Origin: a virus
Reading direction: 5' to 3' (one strand)
IMG/VR virus record: IMGVR_UViG_3300005921_000006
Coordinates: 1-64,000 of that record
DNA length: 64,000 nucleotides
Position numbers and translations under genes: made by a program. The number at the start of each line of letters is the position of its first letter. The first letter of the stretch is position 1. The notes under the pieces were generated by a model. It worked only from the letters and a program-made list of their open reading frames with translations. It did no database searches and had not been told where the DNA came from. Shown here piece after piece: positions 18,992 to 28,978 of the stretch.

Positions 18992-19596
18992 TAGTTTGGA
19001 TTTCCAATTACCAACGCGGACCAATTTTGCGAATTAGCGGAAGCCGCCCCGATTGTAACCGTCGTTCCCGATACGGAGCACCCTCCCGCAATGACGCTCG
19101 AAGCACTTTGTTCCGTTACAATGCAAATAGGCTGAGTGTTATAGGCAGAAAGCAGAGTTATATTACAGGAAGAAGTTCCCCCCATGTTGCACGAACCGGC
19201 CCAGCTATTTGTTCCCGATTGGTTAAGGTGACCGGTTATAGAGCCTATGCTCGCCGCGCCACCTATCACCACAATACCCGTGAAAGCCGCCGTAGCGCCG
19301 TTAACTGCGCCTGTAGTTAAAAAGCCGCTCGCATCGACTGTACTCGAAAAAACTGCGTTTCCGCCCTGAATCTCTCCCGTAGTGGCAAAGCCTCCAGCCG
19401 CTACAGTGCCGGTAACATCTAAAGCTGGAATTGCGGCGTCCCCACTCAAATACTGATCCAACAAGGTAAAATTGGCGTTCATTTGAACGTTCCAATTCGT
19501 AGCGCCGTATGGGGGAGTACTCAGGCAGATGTTTGGCGTACACTGCGCCGCGAGAGAACCAACGAACAAAGCAAGAAAAGCCAGAATTTTATACAC
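18991..19596 (-). CDS. Signal-peptide fibre-like protein inserted in baseplate operon
   Basis: MYKILAFLALFVGSLAA|Q; C-terminus paralogous to 12775..13548. Confidence 0.75.
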   Translation of the reverse strand: MYKILAFLALFVGSLAAQCTPNICLSTPPYGATNWNVQMNANFTLLDQYLSGDAAIPALDVTGTVAAGGFATTGEIQGGNAVFSSTVDASGFLTTGAVNGATAAFTGIVVIGGAASIGSITGHLNQSGTNSWAGSCNMGGTSSCNITLLSAYNTQPICIVTEQSASSVIAGGCSVSGTTVTIGAASANSQNWSALVIGNPN

Positions 19597-20803
19597 TGTT
19601 CACCGTAATGTTTCCGACCACGCACTGCGCAGCCTGATAAAAGTTAAGTTGAATGTCCGTACTCGTTGACGGACTGGAAGTCTCCTCGAAGTAGAACGGA
19701 TTGCGAATAGAAATCTGAGCGCCCGCGCCAGTCTGCGCAGCTAGGATCATGTCGCCAAAACTCACCACGCCACCAATAGCCAGGCCTTCGAGATACGCAA
19801 TAATCGCGTCCTGAATTGCCAGCACCTGCGCCGCGCTTAAAGACCCACCGGAAGGCAACAAATGAGCGTTGACAATCACGTAGATCGTTACGTACACGGG
19901 AGGCTGGATAAAGCCAATTGTAGTAACCAGCCCGGAGTTCGGCGAAGTTACAGCTACCGACTGCGTTTGCGAAATAGGAGACCCGCTTACGTCGCCATTC
20001 GTGAGCACGCCCAGCCCACGATTGTTGTAAATCGCCGTAGCTACAGCCAGCGCCATGCCGCCTTCTACCACGCACGTAATGGAGTGACCGGGGTTGCCGT
20101 AGCTGTCCGTAGTGCCCGTGTCATTTTCCAGCACATTATTGCGCGTAACCCCCGCCGTAGCTTCGATAGCCGCAACCGTCGCGTCCAGCGGAGTCAGTGA
20201 CGGCAGCGCAACACTTTGTTGCTGCCGCAACCGCAACTGTGCGTCTGTTTCTACCGGGTCACCTAGCACGGCCACGTTCGACCCGTTCGTTACGCTGGTC
20301 CAGCCTGCCGTGGGCGAAGCAATACCCGTAAGCTGGTTCGCCGTAGCGTTAATAGCTCCAGCAACCTGGGCCGTAGCGGTAACCGAAACCGTTCCACCAC
20401 CGCCAATCGTCACCGTGGCGGGCAGATTCCATAGATCGCCGGTCACTACATTTTGAATCACGCCATTCGTAATTACCGCGCCGGGGGTGCCTGTAAGAGT
20501 AACCGTACAGGTGGAATTCGTGGCTGCTTTGCGGGTAAGACCGTTAATTGCAACAATAGCGTCCAGGCCCGCGCCTACGGCGAACGCGGGGGACATGTTG
20601 TTAAATACCTGCTGTAATCCCGCGTTGGTGTCCGCCGCCGCCAAAGCGATAATGGACATCAGCTGATAAGGAGCGGAGTCGTCCCCAAGATATGAATTTT
20701 GACCGTATACTGAAAGAAAGCCTTGCGTATAAAACCCAAGGATGTCTTCGTAACTGGGAATCGACAACCCCGAGGAGCTAATAGCGGGCGCGGTGTAGCT
20801 CAT
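19589..20803 (-). CDS. Baseplate J-like protein
   Basis: 'AVGAGLDAIVAINGLTRK', 'GWTSVTN', 'ETDAQLRLRQ', 'HSITCVVEGG'. Confidence 0.9.
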   Translation of the reverse strand: MSYTAPAISSSGLSIPSYEDILGFYTQGFLSVYGQNSYLGDDSAPYQLMSIIALAAADTNAGLQQVFNNMSPAFAVGAGLDAIVAINGLTRKAATNSTCTVTLTGTPGAVITNGVIQNVVTGDLWNLPATVTIGGGGTVSVTATAQVAGAINATANQLTGIASPTAGWTSVTNGSNVAVLGDPVETDAQLRLRQQQSVALPSLTPLDATVAAIEATAGVTRNNVLENDTGTTDSYGNPGHSITCVVEGGMALAVATAIYNNRGLGVLTNGDVSGSPISQTQSVAVTSPNSGLVTTIGFIQPPVYVTIYVIVNAHLLPSGGSLSAAQVLAIQDAIIAYLEGLAIGGVVSFGDMILAAQTGAGAQISIRNPFYFEETSSPSTSTDIQLNFYQAAQCVVGNITVNSV

Positions 20804-21192
20804 TGCGGCAAGGCTCCCGAAAGTGGCTGAGGATAACTAACGGACACCGTACCGAACGTAGTGTTCACCACGGCGGAGTACAAATAGGCCCGTGTCTGAG
20901 GCAGGTAAGTCGTCTGTACGTTGGACAGCCCAATCACGAACGGAGTTCCTAGGATAACGGCGGAAATCAAATTAGCGATCTGCTGTTGCGCGTGAGGGCT
21001 GGCGGATTGTCCGAGAATCGACTGCCACAGTGGAAGTCCGTCGTTCGTATTCTCCCACCATTCGCCGGCATTTAACTTGAGACGGGTAAGTATAGCTTGC
21101 GCTACCGCATCTACGTCGGTAAGCTGGGCGGAATAGTCCCACACCGGATCGCCGTTTACCAGCTGCACGTAAAGTATCGCAGGAGTGCTCAC
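20800..21192 (-). CDS. Baseplate wedge/sheath initiator (gp25/gp46-like)
   Basis: 'AVAQAILTRLKLNAGEWW...GLP...ILG...TTFG'. Confidence 0.8.
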   Translation of the reverse strand: MSTPAILYVQLVNGDPVWDYSAQLTDVDAVAQAILTRLKLNAGEWWENTNDGLPLWQSILGQSASPHAQQQIANLISAVILGTPFVIGLSNVQTTYLPQTRAYLYSAVVNTTFGTVSVSYPQPLSGALPQ

Positions 21193-21887
21193 GGCACCAC
21201 CGGACCAGTGTCAACACCCCCAGCCGTTACACCCGAATGCGTATGCAGAGCATAAGAAAAACCATTGATGTACACTGTTGCGGCGGTAAGGTTAATTTCT
21301 CCCGGTGTGATTTGAATTAGACTTGTTCCTCCGTCCGGCGTCATTTTTACTGTGCCTGGAACCGCCACTACTTGAGTGGTTCCCCCGTCAGGAGTTATTT
21401 CAATAAGTCCGCTAGATACTTCAATCAACGTATTGCCGTCGTCCGAACGAATTTCTAAAGCCGATGCACTGTAGCCGCTTAACTTACGGGGCTGGGAACA
21501 ACCGCCGGGAATAAATACGGCATCAGCTAGATCGTGACGACGACGCTCCACTTCAACATTGTTAGTTCCACCCGACTGCCACCAGGAATCGATTGCTATG
21601 TCTTGAAAAACAATGACACCTTCGTCTCCTTCTACAAGAGGAAACGTCACGCTAAAACCACCACCACGAGGATAAATTACCGGCACATTCGCCAGCTGCG
21701 GGAGGCTCTGCGGAGTGGGCACTAAGCTGTTCAACAAAGACTCTTTAATAGCGGGCTGCACGGTGACGTTTTGTGTCGCGGCGTCGAAACTTACCACGAT
21801 AGCGGGGAGCGCCACCCGCAGCTCGCAGGCTTTTTGCCAAAACTCCTCGTCCAGCGCGGCTTCTTTAAGGCCAAGCAGCATGGACAA
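21189..21887 (-). CDS. Baseplate central spike (Gp138-like)
   Basis: 'LPAIVVSFD', 'VPVIYPRGGG', 'RRHDLADA', C-terminal HTHSGV. Confidence 0.9.
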   Translation of the reverse strand: MSMLLGLKEAALDEEFWQKACELRVALPAIVVSFDAATQNVTVQPAIKESLLNSLVPTPQSLPQLANVPVIYPRGGGFSVTFPLVEGDEGVIVFQDIAIDSWWQSGGTNNVEVERRRHDLADAVFIPGGCSQPRKLSGYSASALEIRSDDGNTLIEVSSGLIEITPDGGTTQVVAVPGTVKMTPDGGTSLIQITPGEINLTAATVYINGFSYALHTHSGVTAGGVDTGPVVP

Positions 21888-21906
21888 ATTGAGGAAGCTG
21901 GGGTTA

Positions 21907-22983
21907 CTATGCGCCAGTTAAGTATGCTCCTAGTACATCAGTGGCTGCTATCTTATCTGCGCCAGTAAGCCAACCTACTACGTCCGTGTACCAGTCTTGC
22001 CCGCGAGAATCGCCCAGATAGCGAGCGCCCACTACTGCATATACTCCACTTTGAGCTAAAATTCCAATAGATGTCAAATCTCCTAACTGTTGAAGCAATC
22101 GCACATACTGCGTTTGATCCAGTTTTATAAACATAGCCGGGTTCGTAATGTTAATGTTGGGGTTCATCAGTGTTCGGAATGTGACCCCTTTTTGGGTTTG
22201 TCGGGGAGTTCCGATAATCCCCGTGGTGGGGGTAAGCGTAAGCGCAGGCTGCTGCCCAGCAAGATCATAGTTCAAATTACTTAGATTCAGTAAACCTTTC
22301 TGCCCCAACCACCATTGGGCGTTATTGTCGCGGGAAATTTCCGACAGGTACTTCTTAGGGCTTCCAAACAAAGGGCGTCCCCGAGGAAGAACTTTTTGCG
22401 ATAAACTTTCTGAAATAACTCCGGGTTGAATAGGGTGGTACGCTTGAGCTAACATTTGCAATAAAAGCTGACGTTGTGTAGTAGCCACGCCCGGTTGTAT
22501 TACTGGGTTTCTTTGCATGCCCGTGGGGTCCAACCCTAAAATACAATTCAGCGTTAGTTTAAAGTCCGTTTGGTTTTCCCGTTCCCACAGCACCTGTAAG
22601 ACGTAACCTTCCCAGATCAATCCGTAGTTTGCCCCGTTGCCGTAATAGCCCGCCGAAAGAGCTACCGACATACCCTGTTCTATTGGCACGGTCTGACTAC
22701 TGGAATTGGTAACGGGCGGCGAAGAATTACCCTGGTTAATCAGCACCTGGGCGCTTTGCTCGTTCAAGTTATACACAGATATCTGCGCAGTCCAAAGCGC
22801 TGGGCCTAAAAAAGTCTGTACGTCGAACGTAATCCGCAGGGTAGGCTCGTCGTCACTGTTAATGGTGATGTTAGTAACCGGGCCGTTGTTCACGGACGCC
22901 GACTGAATGTTCAACAGGTAGCGCCGAAGAAACTGCGGGGCGGTCAACCGATCTGCTCCGCCGTAGAGATATTGTCTCCCCAA
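21907..22983 (-). CDS. Baseplate hub protein (start uncertain)
   Basis: 'ISVYNL', 'LSAGY', 'GIIGTP', 'GDSRGQDWY'. Confidence 0.8.
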   Translation of the reverse strand: MGRQYLYGGADRLTAPQFLRRYLLNIQSASVNNGPVTNITINSDDEPTLRITFDVQTFLGPALWTAQISVYNLNEQSAQVLINQGNSSPPVTNSSSQTVPIEQGMSVALSAGYYGNGANYGLIWEGYVLQVLWERENQTDFKLTLNCILGLDPTGMQRNPVIQPGVATTQRQLLLQMLAQAYHPIQPGVISESLSQKVLPRGRPLFGSPKKYLSEISRDNNAQWWLGQKGLLNLSNLNYDLAGQQPALTLTPTTGIIGTPRQTQKGVTFRTLMNPNINITNPAMFIKLDQTQYVRLLQQLGDLTSIGILAQSGVYAVVGARYLGDSRGQDWYTDVVGWLTGADKIAATDVLGAYLTGA

Positions 22984-23291
22984 ACCATGATGAAGTCGCT
23001 GCCCAGATCGCTACTGATAGGAGAATCCTGCGGCGTACCGCTGACGTTGAGTATGAAAATACTACCGATCATCAAGTAAGCGTACTGGGCCAACAGGTTT
23101 AACCCTGTAAGCAATGGGATACCGGATAGCAGCAACGTCTGGACAGAGTTCGATATGTTCATGGTCCAGTAATTAGCGATCTCGTTAAAATTAAGCTCCA
23201 AGAAAAACGTACTTACACCGCCGTTGATGCTAACGGACACATTCCACGTCTGGTTCGGCGCGGAATCGAGTGGTACAACCTGGTAGGCCAT
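22944..23291 (-). CDS. Baseplate plug-like small protein
   Basis: 'VPLDSAPNQT...GIPLLTGLNLLAQY'; position. Confidence 0.75.
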   Translation of the reverse strand: MAYQVVPLDSAPNQTWNVSVSINGGVSTFFLELNFNEIANYWTMNISNSVQTLLLSGIPLLTGLNLLAQYAYLMIGSIFILNVSGTPQDSPISSDLGSDFIMVWGDNISTAEQIG

Positions 23292-23293
23292 AG

Positions 23294-23950
23294 TTAATTC
23301 TGGTTGAACATCTTCATGCTGTCCAACAGGTTGTTAATCTGCGTTTGCTCCGTAGAGCTAAGTGGCTGTGCGCCTTTTGTACCTTCGGCGGTAGAGTCCG
23401 TCTGGTTCGGGCGGGCACTGGTCGTCTGATTCACCGTAACCGAAATAATCTGCTCAAAGTACAACGTCCCGCGAAACCCAAATAAAGTCCGGCTATCCTC
23501 CGTCGCCCGCACATCCGTAATCGCCATGTTCGGATATTGATCCAGCCGGGTGCTTACCGCAACAGGCACCCGAGCCGCTTGAATCTGCTTAAACGTCTGG
23601 TACATGCTAACGGAAAGACTCGGGTTAGAAGCGTACTGCCCGGCCACTAAGCTGGCAACGCAATCGGAAGCTACAACTTCCATCACCACCCGAGCCGGCT
23701 GGTTATAGGCGTGGTCCACAATAGCCGGACCAATTTGTACCGGATGCTTAGTAATCGTTTGCTCCTGCACGTGCTCTACCCGGCCCACCAGCTGGAAAAA
23801 ATATGTTGTGGGGCTGCCTTGCGAGGGGGTGCTGGGGTTGTTCGCGTTGTTGTTCGAATTAGCCTGATTATTCGCGGGTAACGTACAGGTCAGAGAATAG
23901 TTCGACTTGCCCGAACCGAACTGCGGCGGAGTGTAAGGCGTAGCGCCCAT
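23294..23950 (-). CDS. Tail-tube initiator/Dit-like baseplate protein
   Basis: 'ITKHPVQIGPAIVDHAYNQP'; follows tape measure. Confidence 0.8.
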   Translation of the reverse strand: MGATPYTPPQFGSGKSNYSLTCTLPANNQANSNNNANNPSTPSQGSPTTYFFQLVGRVEHVQEQTITKHPVQIGPAIVDHAYNQPARVVMEVVASDCVASLVAGQYASNPSLSVSMYQTFKQIQAARVPVAVSTRLDQYPNMAITDVRATEDSRTLFGFRGTLYFEQIISVTVNQTTSARPNQTDSTAEGTKGAQPLSSTEQTQINNLLDSMKMFNQN

Positions 23951-25522
23951 TTAAGCGAACACCCCTTGGCGGTAGGCGAACGAGTCCTGCGCCTTCTTGC
24001 GCTCGTGGTACTCGATAGCTTCCACTACGGCCTTTTTTACGTGTTCGTGCATTTCTTTGCCTGCCGCGTTGCCGGGAGCTACGTTAATTTCTATTTTGTA
24101 AGACTGAGGCTGAATGGTAGCTCCGCTGTCCACCTTTGTGGGGTCTCCAACACCTTTCCTTAGTAAGTTAGAACGACGATGCAACTCATTCAAATCTTTA
24201 GAAGGGTCTTTTTTCTTATATCCCGCATACACTTTTCTTGCAGCGTCAAAAGTCCCGTACTGTTCCATCAAATCGTGCATATAGTGCGCTGACGCCTCAA
24301 TACTAGCCTGGGGATCATATAGGTTGTCTAGATGATACTGCTTGGCCGTATAAGGCATGAATTGACCTATTCCAGCCGCACCAGAAGAAGGGTTGTAAGC
24401 ATTCGGGTTTAAACCATACTTTGTACCCGACTCAATACTGAGCATGGCTAGAAAATCGTAAGGGTCTAAACTGTATTTCTTAGCAGAATCCACAGCCCAT
24501 TTTTTAAACAGATTTTGGTGCGCCCAAGTTGTCCAATCTGACCCGTATTTTTTACTTCGGTAGTAAATTTCCCCACCGACTGCCCCGTGGATAGCGCCGC
24601 TTACACCGCCCATTACAGCTCCTGCGGGAGTACCTATTGCTGCTCCTACAGGACCCAGCAGCGCCGCGCCGCCTACCGCTCCTATCGCTGCACCACCAGC
24701 AGCTTCCGTCGCAGCGCCTACAGCAGAGCCTAAAAATATACTCCGCGCCTCGGGGCTTTTATCCAACAATTCAAAAAAGTCTTTAACCCAACCCGCAGCG
24801 GTTACAGTCATGTCCACAGCCCATTTTACATTTTTATCTGTAAACACTTCCTTTCCCATGTCCCACACAGCTTTTAAGGCAGGGGCCAGTACATCAGAAA
24901 GTTTATCAGCAAGAGGACCTACATTGTGCTGAAACGTATCTACCCACCCAGTTACAGTTTTTAATGCATCTTCCATAGAGTGAGTGCCAATTAGTTTCTG
25001 TATAATGTCTTTTGTCAGCACCATACCGAAAACCTTCAGCCCCAACCCTACACGGGTAACTTGAAATCCAAAATCTCGAATGGATTTAAATGCTTTTTCC
25101 CCGCCGTCACTTCCCAAGAATTTAAACATTTCCGTTTGGTCTTTAATCAGCTGCCGGTAACGCTCCGCCAACTCAGGCGGTCCCCAGATGATTTCTTCCA
25201 GAGAATATCCCAAGGCGTCCGTCGCCATAGTCATTTTCTTAGTAGCTTCGGTCGTCATAAACATACGACGAGCTAAAACTTGATAGCGCAAATCCTGGTC
25301 CGCCACAGACTTCATAATACCAATCGTAGCGCCCGTAATCGTAGCTAACGCCGTGACAGCCACCCCGCCTGCAATAGTAAAGTCTTTCGCCATTGTTCCG
25401 GCAAATTTTTCTACCGCGTATCCTGACACTTTCATAGTGTCTTCAAACTTACGCCACGCCGGTTTATCCACAGCAAAACCTAAACCCACTAAGTATTCAC
25501 GGATCGTTTTAGGGTTTGGCAT
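23951..25522 (-). CDS. Tape measure protein with C-terminal lytic transglycosylase (SLT) domain
   Basis: 'IREYLVGLGF' N-terminus; 'IES...NPNA..SSGAAGIGQFMPYTA...DPQASIEASAHY'. Confidence 0.88.
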   Translation of the reverse strand: MPNPKTIREYLVGLGFAVDKPAWRKFEDTMKVSGYAVEKFAGTMAKDFTIAGGVAVTALATITGATIGIMKSVADQDLRYQVLARRMFMTTEATKKMTMATDALGYSLEEIIWGPPELAERYRQLIKDQTEMFKFLGSDGGEKAFKSIRDFGFQVTRVGLGLKVFGMVLTKDIIQKLIGTHSMEDALKTVTGWVDTFQHNVGPLADKLSDVLAPALKAVWDMGKEVFTDKNVKWAVDMTVTAAGWVKDFFELLDKSPEARSIFLGSAVGAATEAAGGAAIGAVGGAALLGPVGAAIGTPAGAVMGGVSGAIHGAVGGEIYYRSKKYGSDWTTWAHQNLFKKWAVDSAKKYSLDPYDFLAMLSIESGTKYGLNPNAYNPSSGAAGIGQFMPYTAKQYHLDNLYDPQASIEASAHYMHDLMEQYGTFDAARKVYAGYKKKDPSKDLNELHRRSNLLRKGVGDPTKVDSGATIQPQSYKIEINVAPGNAAGKEMHEHVKKAVVEAIEYHERKKAQDSFAYRQGVFA

Positions 25523-25721
25523 TTGCTTCCTCGATTAAATCCATCATGACGTGTACTTCTACTAAGGATTCAAACGACATTTCATCTACATCTCTGTGAA
25601 GCCAGTAGCGGGAAGCCACAGGACGAAATAAGTAACCGTCTATTTGGGGCTGCCGCTGTTCACTATATTCATATTCGGGAACGCTATCAGCAGCGTCTCT
25701 AACGCTCCAGACTCGAAAAAA
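25509..25721 (-). CDS. -1 frameshift extension of tail assembly chaperone (GT product)
   Basis: Slippery T TTT TTC at 25721-25715; -1 frame open to TAA at 25509, giving ...QIDGYLFRPVASRYW...MDLIEEANAKP. Confidence 0.75.
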   Translation of the reverse strand, partial: FFRVWSVRDAADSVPEYEYSEQRQPQIDGYLFRPVASRYWLHRDVDEMSFESLVEVHVMMDLIEEANAKP

Positions 25722-26098
25722 GAATAAAGGTTGAACGATAAACAGGAAACCGTAAGCGCCAATAATTCAGGCAAACTAGGTTCTGCTGTATCATTCCACT
25801 TTCCGTCCGCTCGAAGCACTGGCATGGAGATAGTGGAGTCGCCCACCGTCCCATAACGTTTACAGACTTCCAAACACTTTGCCTGTACCTTTAAGAACGT
25901 TTCCTCCGAAAGATTCTGCAAGTCCAACGCCAATCCCAATCCTAAGTCTTTTTCCGTAAGTTCTCGGTCGGGGTTGTTAAGACGGCCTAATACGCGCTCT
26001 ACAAATTGGTTTACGATCCAGCTCCCATTGCGAGCCGAAAGTCTTCCTAGCTGATAATTTGTTTCTCCGATTCTAATGTCCTTCATGGCGGATGACAT
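25640..26098 (-). CDS. Tail assembly chaperone
   Basis: Between tube and tape measure; 'NLYSFF' at slippery site. Confidence 0.8.
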   Translation of the reverse strand: MSSAMKDIRIGETNYQLGRLSARNGSWIVNQFVERVLGRLNNPDRELTEKDLGLGLALDLQNLSEETFLKVQAKCLEVCKRYGTVGDSTISMPVLRADGKWNDTAEPSLPELLALTVSCLSFNLYSFFESGALETLLIAFPNMNIVNSGSPK

Positions 26099-26113
26099 AA
26101 ATTTCCCTTTCTA

Positions 26114-26572
26114 TCAACCGTTAACGATATTCGCACACATCAAAATCCAACTGATACGTTCCGCTTGCGGCCCGTAAGACTTATTCGGAATCTTCGTGGG
26201 CGCTACCCCGGTAAGCGTGTGGGTGGACCCGTCTACCGTGTTGACCAGACTGATCGTCGCTCCGGCCCAGTCGCTCACGTCCGCGTTGTCGAACGCCTGG
26301 TTCAGCAGGTTAAACCAGTTCAGCAGGAACTTATGAAACACGCTGGTCTGCTGCATTTCGATTGTCAGCGAACCGTTATTACCCGCCACGGCGCTGGGTA
26401 GCACGAGTCCGTCCGCCGCCACGTCCATCACCGTGCGGTCGGTATGCATTTCAATAATAAACCGCCCCGCGCCAATCTGCCCGCCGAAAGCGAACGGCCC
26501 GGCCAGGGCATCGTTAAAGCCGCCGCTCGTGTCTTTAAACGAATAGGTAGAAGCTTGATTTGGTCCTGGCAT
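26114..26572 (-). CDS. Tail tube protein (DUF3277-like)
   Basis: 'TYSFKD', 'VAADG', 'GSLTIEMQQTS'; follows sheath. Confidence 0.85.
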   Translation of the reverse strand: MPGPNQASTYSFKDTSGGFNDALAGPFAFGGQIGAGRFIIEMHTDRTVMDVAADGLVLPSAVAGNNGSLTIEMQQTSVFHKFLLNWFNLLNQAFDNADVSDWAGATISLVNTVDGSTHTLTGVAPTKIPNKSYGPQAERISWILMCANIVNG

Positions 26573-26582
26573 TGAATTCTCC

Positions 26583-27992
26583 TTAGAGGCTTACGTAAAC
26601 TCCAATTGCTAAGCTGTGTACGGCTCCGGCAGGGGTAATGGCGCAATAAATCGGCATGGCCTGCCGCGCCTGCCGGTTCGCGGGGGACTGTGTACTGTAG
26701 TTGGGAGCCATCGTCTTGTACCCGGCAGGCACCGGATCGCCGGGGTAAATACCGACCGTAGAGCTGATAACAATCTGCGGGCCGTCCCACGTACCCGGCG
26801 CGAGATACCCCCGCACTACCGCCGCCTGACAAGCCTGGTTCACGGCGGCGATCAGCTGCGCTTCCCCAACGTTCGTCTGCGGCACACTAGGCATTTCCGT
26901 CAGCAGATTCATCACGTTAATCTGCATCGTGGAAGTAAGCATGTCCAGATTTAAAACCTGGTCCGCAAACGTGTACTGAACCGGGGTAGTGCCTTGCTCC
27001 AGGATCGTATACGGACCCTGATAACCCAGATATAAGTTCACACCCTGCGCTTCAATCGTGGCAATTTGATTCGCCGTAAGCGGTTCTGCCACAATACCCG
27101 TGAGCACCTTGAACTTCATGGTGAAGTAGCTTCCGGCGAGTCCCGTGTTCAGGCCCATCATCACGCCCATGGACGCCGCGCAAGCGTAAGCGTTGTTAGG
27201 GTACGTGCCGCTTTGGGTGGTAGCGTAGTCGATAAAAATACGGGTGTAGCTGGCGGCGCTGCAATACGCGCCCAGGTTACCCGACTGCCCGTTCAACACG
27301 GCAGTGTCGTGAGTGGTGTGGAAATAAAAACTCGGCGGGCTGGCGTTGGCTTGCAGGTAAGCAGCAAGGGCTTCCGCGTCCGCCGTAACCGCCGTAGTCA
27401 CCATGCAGGCGTACCACAGCGAAGACGCAATGCGGCACTGCTGTACGGCGATGAGCGGAGTTTCACCCACATCACCCGTGGTGGTAATGGTAAAGCCCGT
27501 TCCACTTCCCGTAGTGGCCGTGGTAGCCGCGCCCACAGCAGCAGTGTAGCCCGTACCACCGCGAGTAATAGAGAACGTCGCTACACCGCTACCGCTCAGA
27601 GTTAACACTTGATAGGTGGCTAGCTTGCCCGCCGTACCGCCGGAAATCGTGCCAGTATCGCCCACGGCATAACCTGTTCCGGCTGCGTCCAGCGTTCCAC
27701 CAGTAATGGCCGTGGGGTCCTGGCAACCTACCTGGAGTGTCAACGGCGCGGGAGCCTGGGAAAAATACAGCTCCGCCGCTAAATACTCCGGGTCCGTGTT
27801 AAGAAACCCGTAGGTTATCATCGACGCCAGCGAGGTAAACGTAACCACGCGGGAGTTCGGTCCCGTGGAAGGTATGCGCTGAGAGTTGCCAATAATCAGG
27901 CCGACGTTAAACGAAGGCGGCAGCGCCGACTGCGGCGAGACATACACGCTTACCGTAACAATACCGCTGAGGGGTAGATTTGGACTCGCCAT
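26583..27992 (-). CDS. Tail sheath protein (DUF3383-like)
   Basis: 'PEYLAAELYFSQAP', 'TMKFKVLTG', 'VPQT', 'GYLAPG', 'AGAVH'. Confidence 0.9.
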   Translation of the reverse strand: MASPNLPLSGIVTVSVYVSPQSALPPSFNVGLIIGNSQRIPSTGPNSRVVTFTSLASMITYGFLNTDPEYLAAELYFSQAPAPLTLQVGCQDPTAITGGTLDAAGTGYAVGDTGTISGGTAGKLATYQVLTLSGSGVATFSITRGGTGYTAAVGAATTATTGSGTGFTITTTGDVGETPLIAVQQCRIASSLWYACMVTTAVTADAEALAAYLQANASPPSFYFHTTHDTAVLNGQSGNLGAYCSAASYTRIFIDYATTQSGTYPNNAYACAASMGVMMGLNTGLAGSYFTMKFKVLTGIVAEPLTANQIATIEAQGVNLYLGYQGPYTILEQGTTPVQYTFADQVLNLDMLTSTMQINVMNLLTEMPSVPQTNVGEAQLIAAVNQACQAAVVRGYLAPGTWDGPQIVISSTVGIYPGDPVPAGYKTMAPNYSTQSPANRQARQAMPIYCAITPAGAVHSLAIGVYVSL

Positions 27993-27993
27993 T

Positions 27994-28611
27994 TTAGGCA
28001 CTCTCCACAGGAATTTCGGCAACTATGCCGTTAGAATCTTCTACGATAATTTCCGCACTCAACACCATCGGTTGCGCGATAACTTCGGTTACGAACTCAT
28101 TAAAGCGGCATTTAAAATCTACGCGCTCCCACCACTGCCCATTTTCGTACTCCGGCGCTCGTACCGGCGCGGCGGGGTCGGTTACCATGTACAGCTGGCT
28201 GTTAGCAAACAGGTCGTGAATGGTCTGCTGGAACAGCGCCGAACGCAGCTGCCGGGCGTTATCAAAGCTGTTCGGCCCGTAGCAGCACCAGCTTACTTCC
28301 CAGATGCGGGAGTAGTTGGTAATCTGGTTGTTTTCTTCGCCGTAGTTTTCCAGGTAGTTTTCGTAGCGCTCGCGGTTGTACGGGTCGTCTACTTCGATGG
28401 CACGAACGTAAATAACGTCTTCACTGCTTTCCTGAAACGGCTGGCCGGTATTTTGCCACTCACAGCGTACTCCGTAATAATTTTGCGCGGGCGTAAGGTT
28501 ATCAGGATTCGCCAGAATCAACCCTGGCGCTACGATGTTTGCGTTGATCGCCAGCGTAATCTGCTGGAGCAGCGCGTCCATCTGTTTCGGAAATAGGGGA
28601 AGCGTTGCCAT
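27994..28611 (-). CDS. Tail terminator/neck protein
   Basis: 'YGPNSFDNA', 'NGQWWERVDF'; position. Confidence 0.8.
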   Translation of the reverse strand: MATLPLFPKQMDALLQQITLAINANIVAPGLILANPDNLTPAQNYYGVRCEWQNTGQPFQESSEDVIYVRAIEVDDPYNRERYENYLENYGEENNQITNYSRIWEVSWCCYGPNSFDNARQLRSALFQQTIHDLFANSQLYMVTDPAAPVRAPEYENGQWWERVDFKCRFNEFVTEVIAQPMVLSAEIIVEDSNGIVAEIPVESA

Positions 28612-28977
28612 TCAGGCCCCCTTCATGCGAACCGCAAACGCTGACCAAAAACCACCACGATTGTCGTAGCGGCCCACGCTTAACACCCGGTACTTCGCAC
28701 CGTTCCAGATTAGTATGTCGCTCACCGCACCCCTTGTTTCCGAAGTCGTGTAGATCGGACACTGGCTAATAAAGGAACGAATTTCGCCTACCCGGTCGGC
28801 TTCCGGGATCGCACCAATTTGCCGGTCGCTAGCGACGGACACTACACCCCACGCGGGGATAGTAACTTTGTTGTCGCTCCAGCCCCCGGCCTGGAAACTT
28901 CCGCCCTGGGAGCGGCATATCGTGTAGGCTTCCGCCAGATCGGGGTCGTTCACCACGTCTTGGAGATCAAAAGCCAC
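28612..28977 (-). CDS. Head-closure/head-tail adaptor
   Basis: 'DVVNDPD', 'IPEADR', 'SDILIWNGAKYRV'. Confidence 0.8.
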   Translation of the reverse strand: MAFDLQDVVNDPDLAEAYTICRSQGGSFQAGGWSDNKVTIPAWGVVSVASDRQIGAIPEADRVGEIRSFISQCPIYTTSETRGAVSDILIWNGAKYRVLSVGRYDNRGGFWSAFAVRMKGA

Positions 28978-28978
28978 T

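Noticed and set aside
12775-19596. Diversity-generating retroelement (TR/VR) among fibre paralogs
   Set aside because: No reverse transcriptase in the window; similarity is at protein level, without adenine-specific near-identity that I could see
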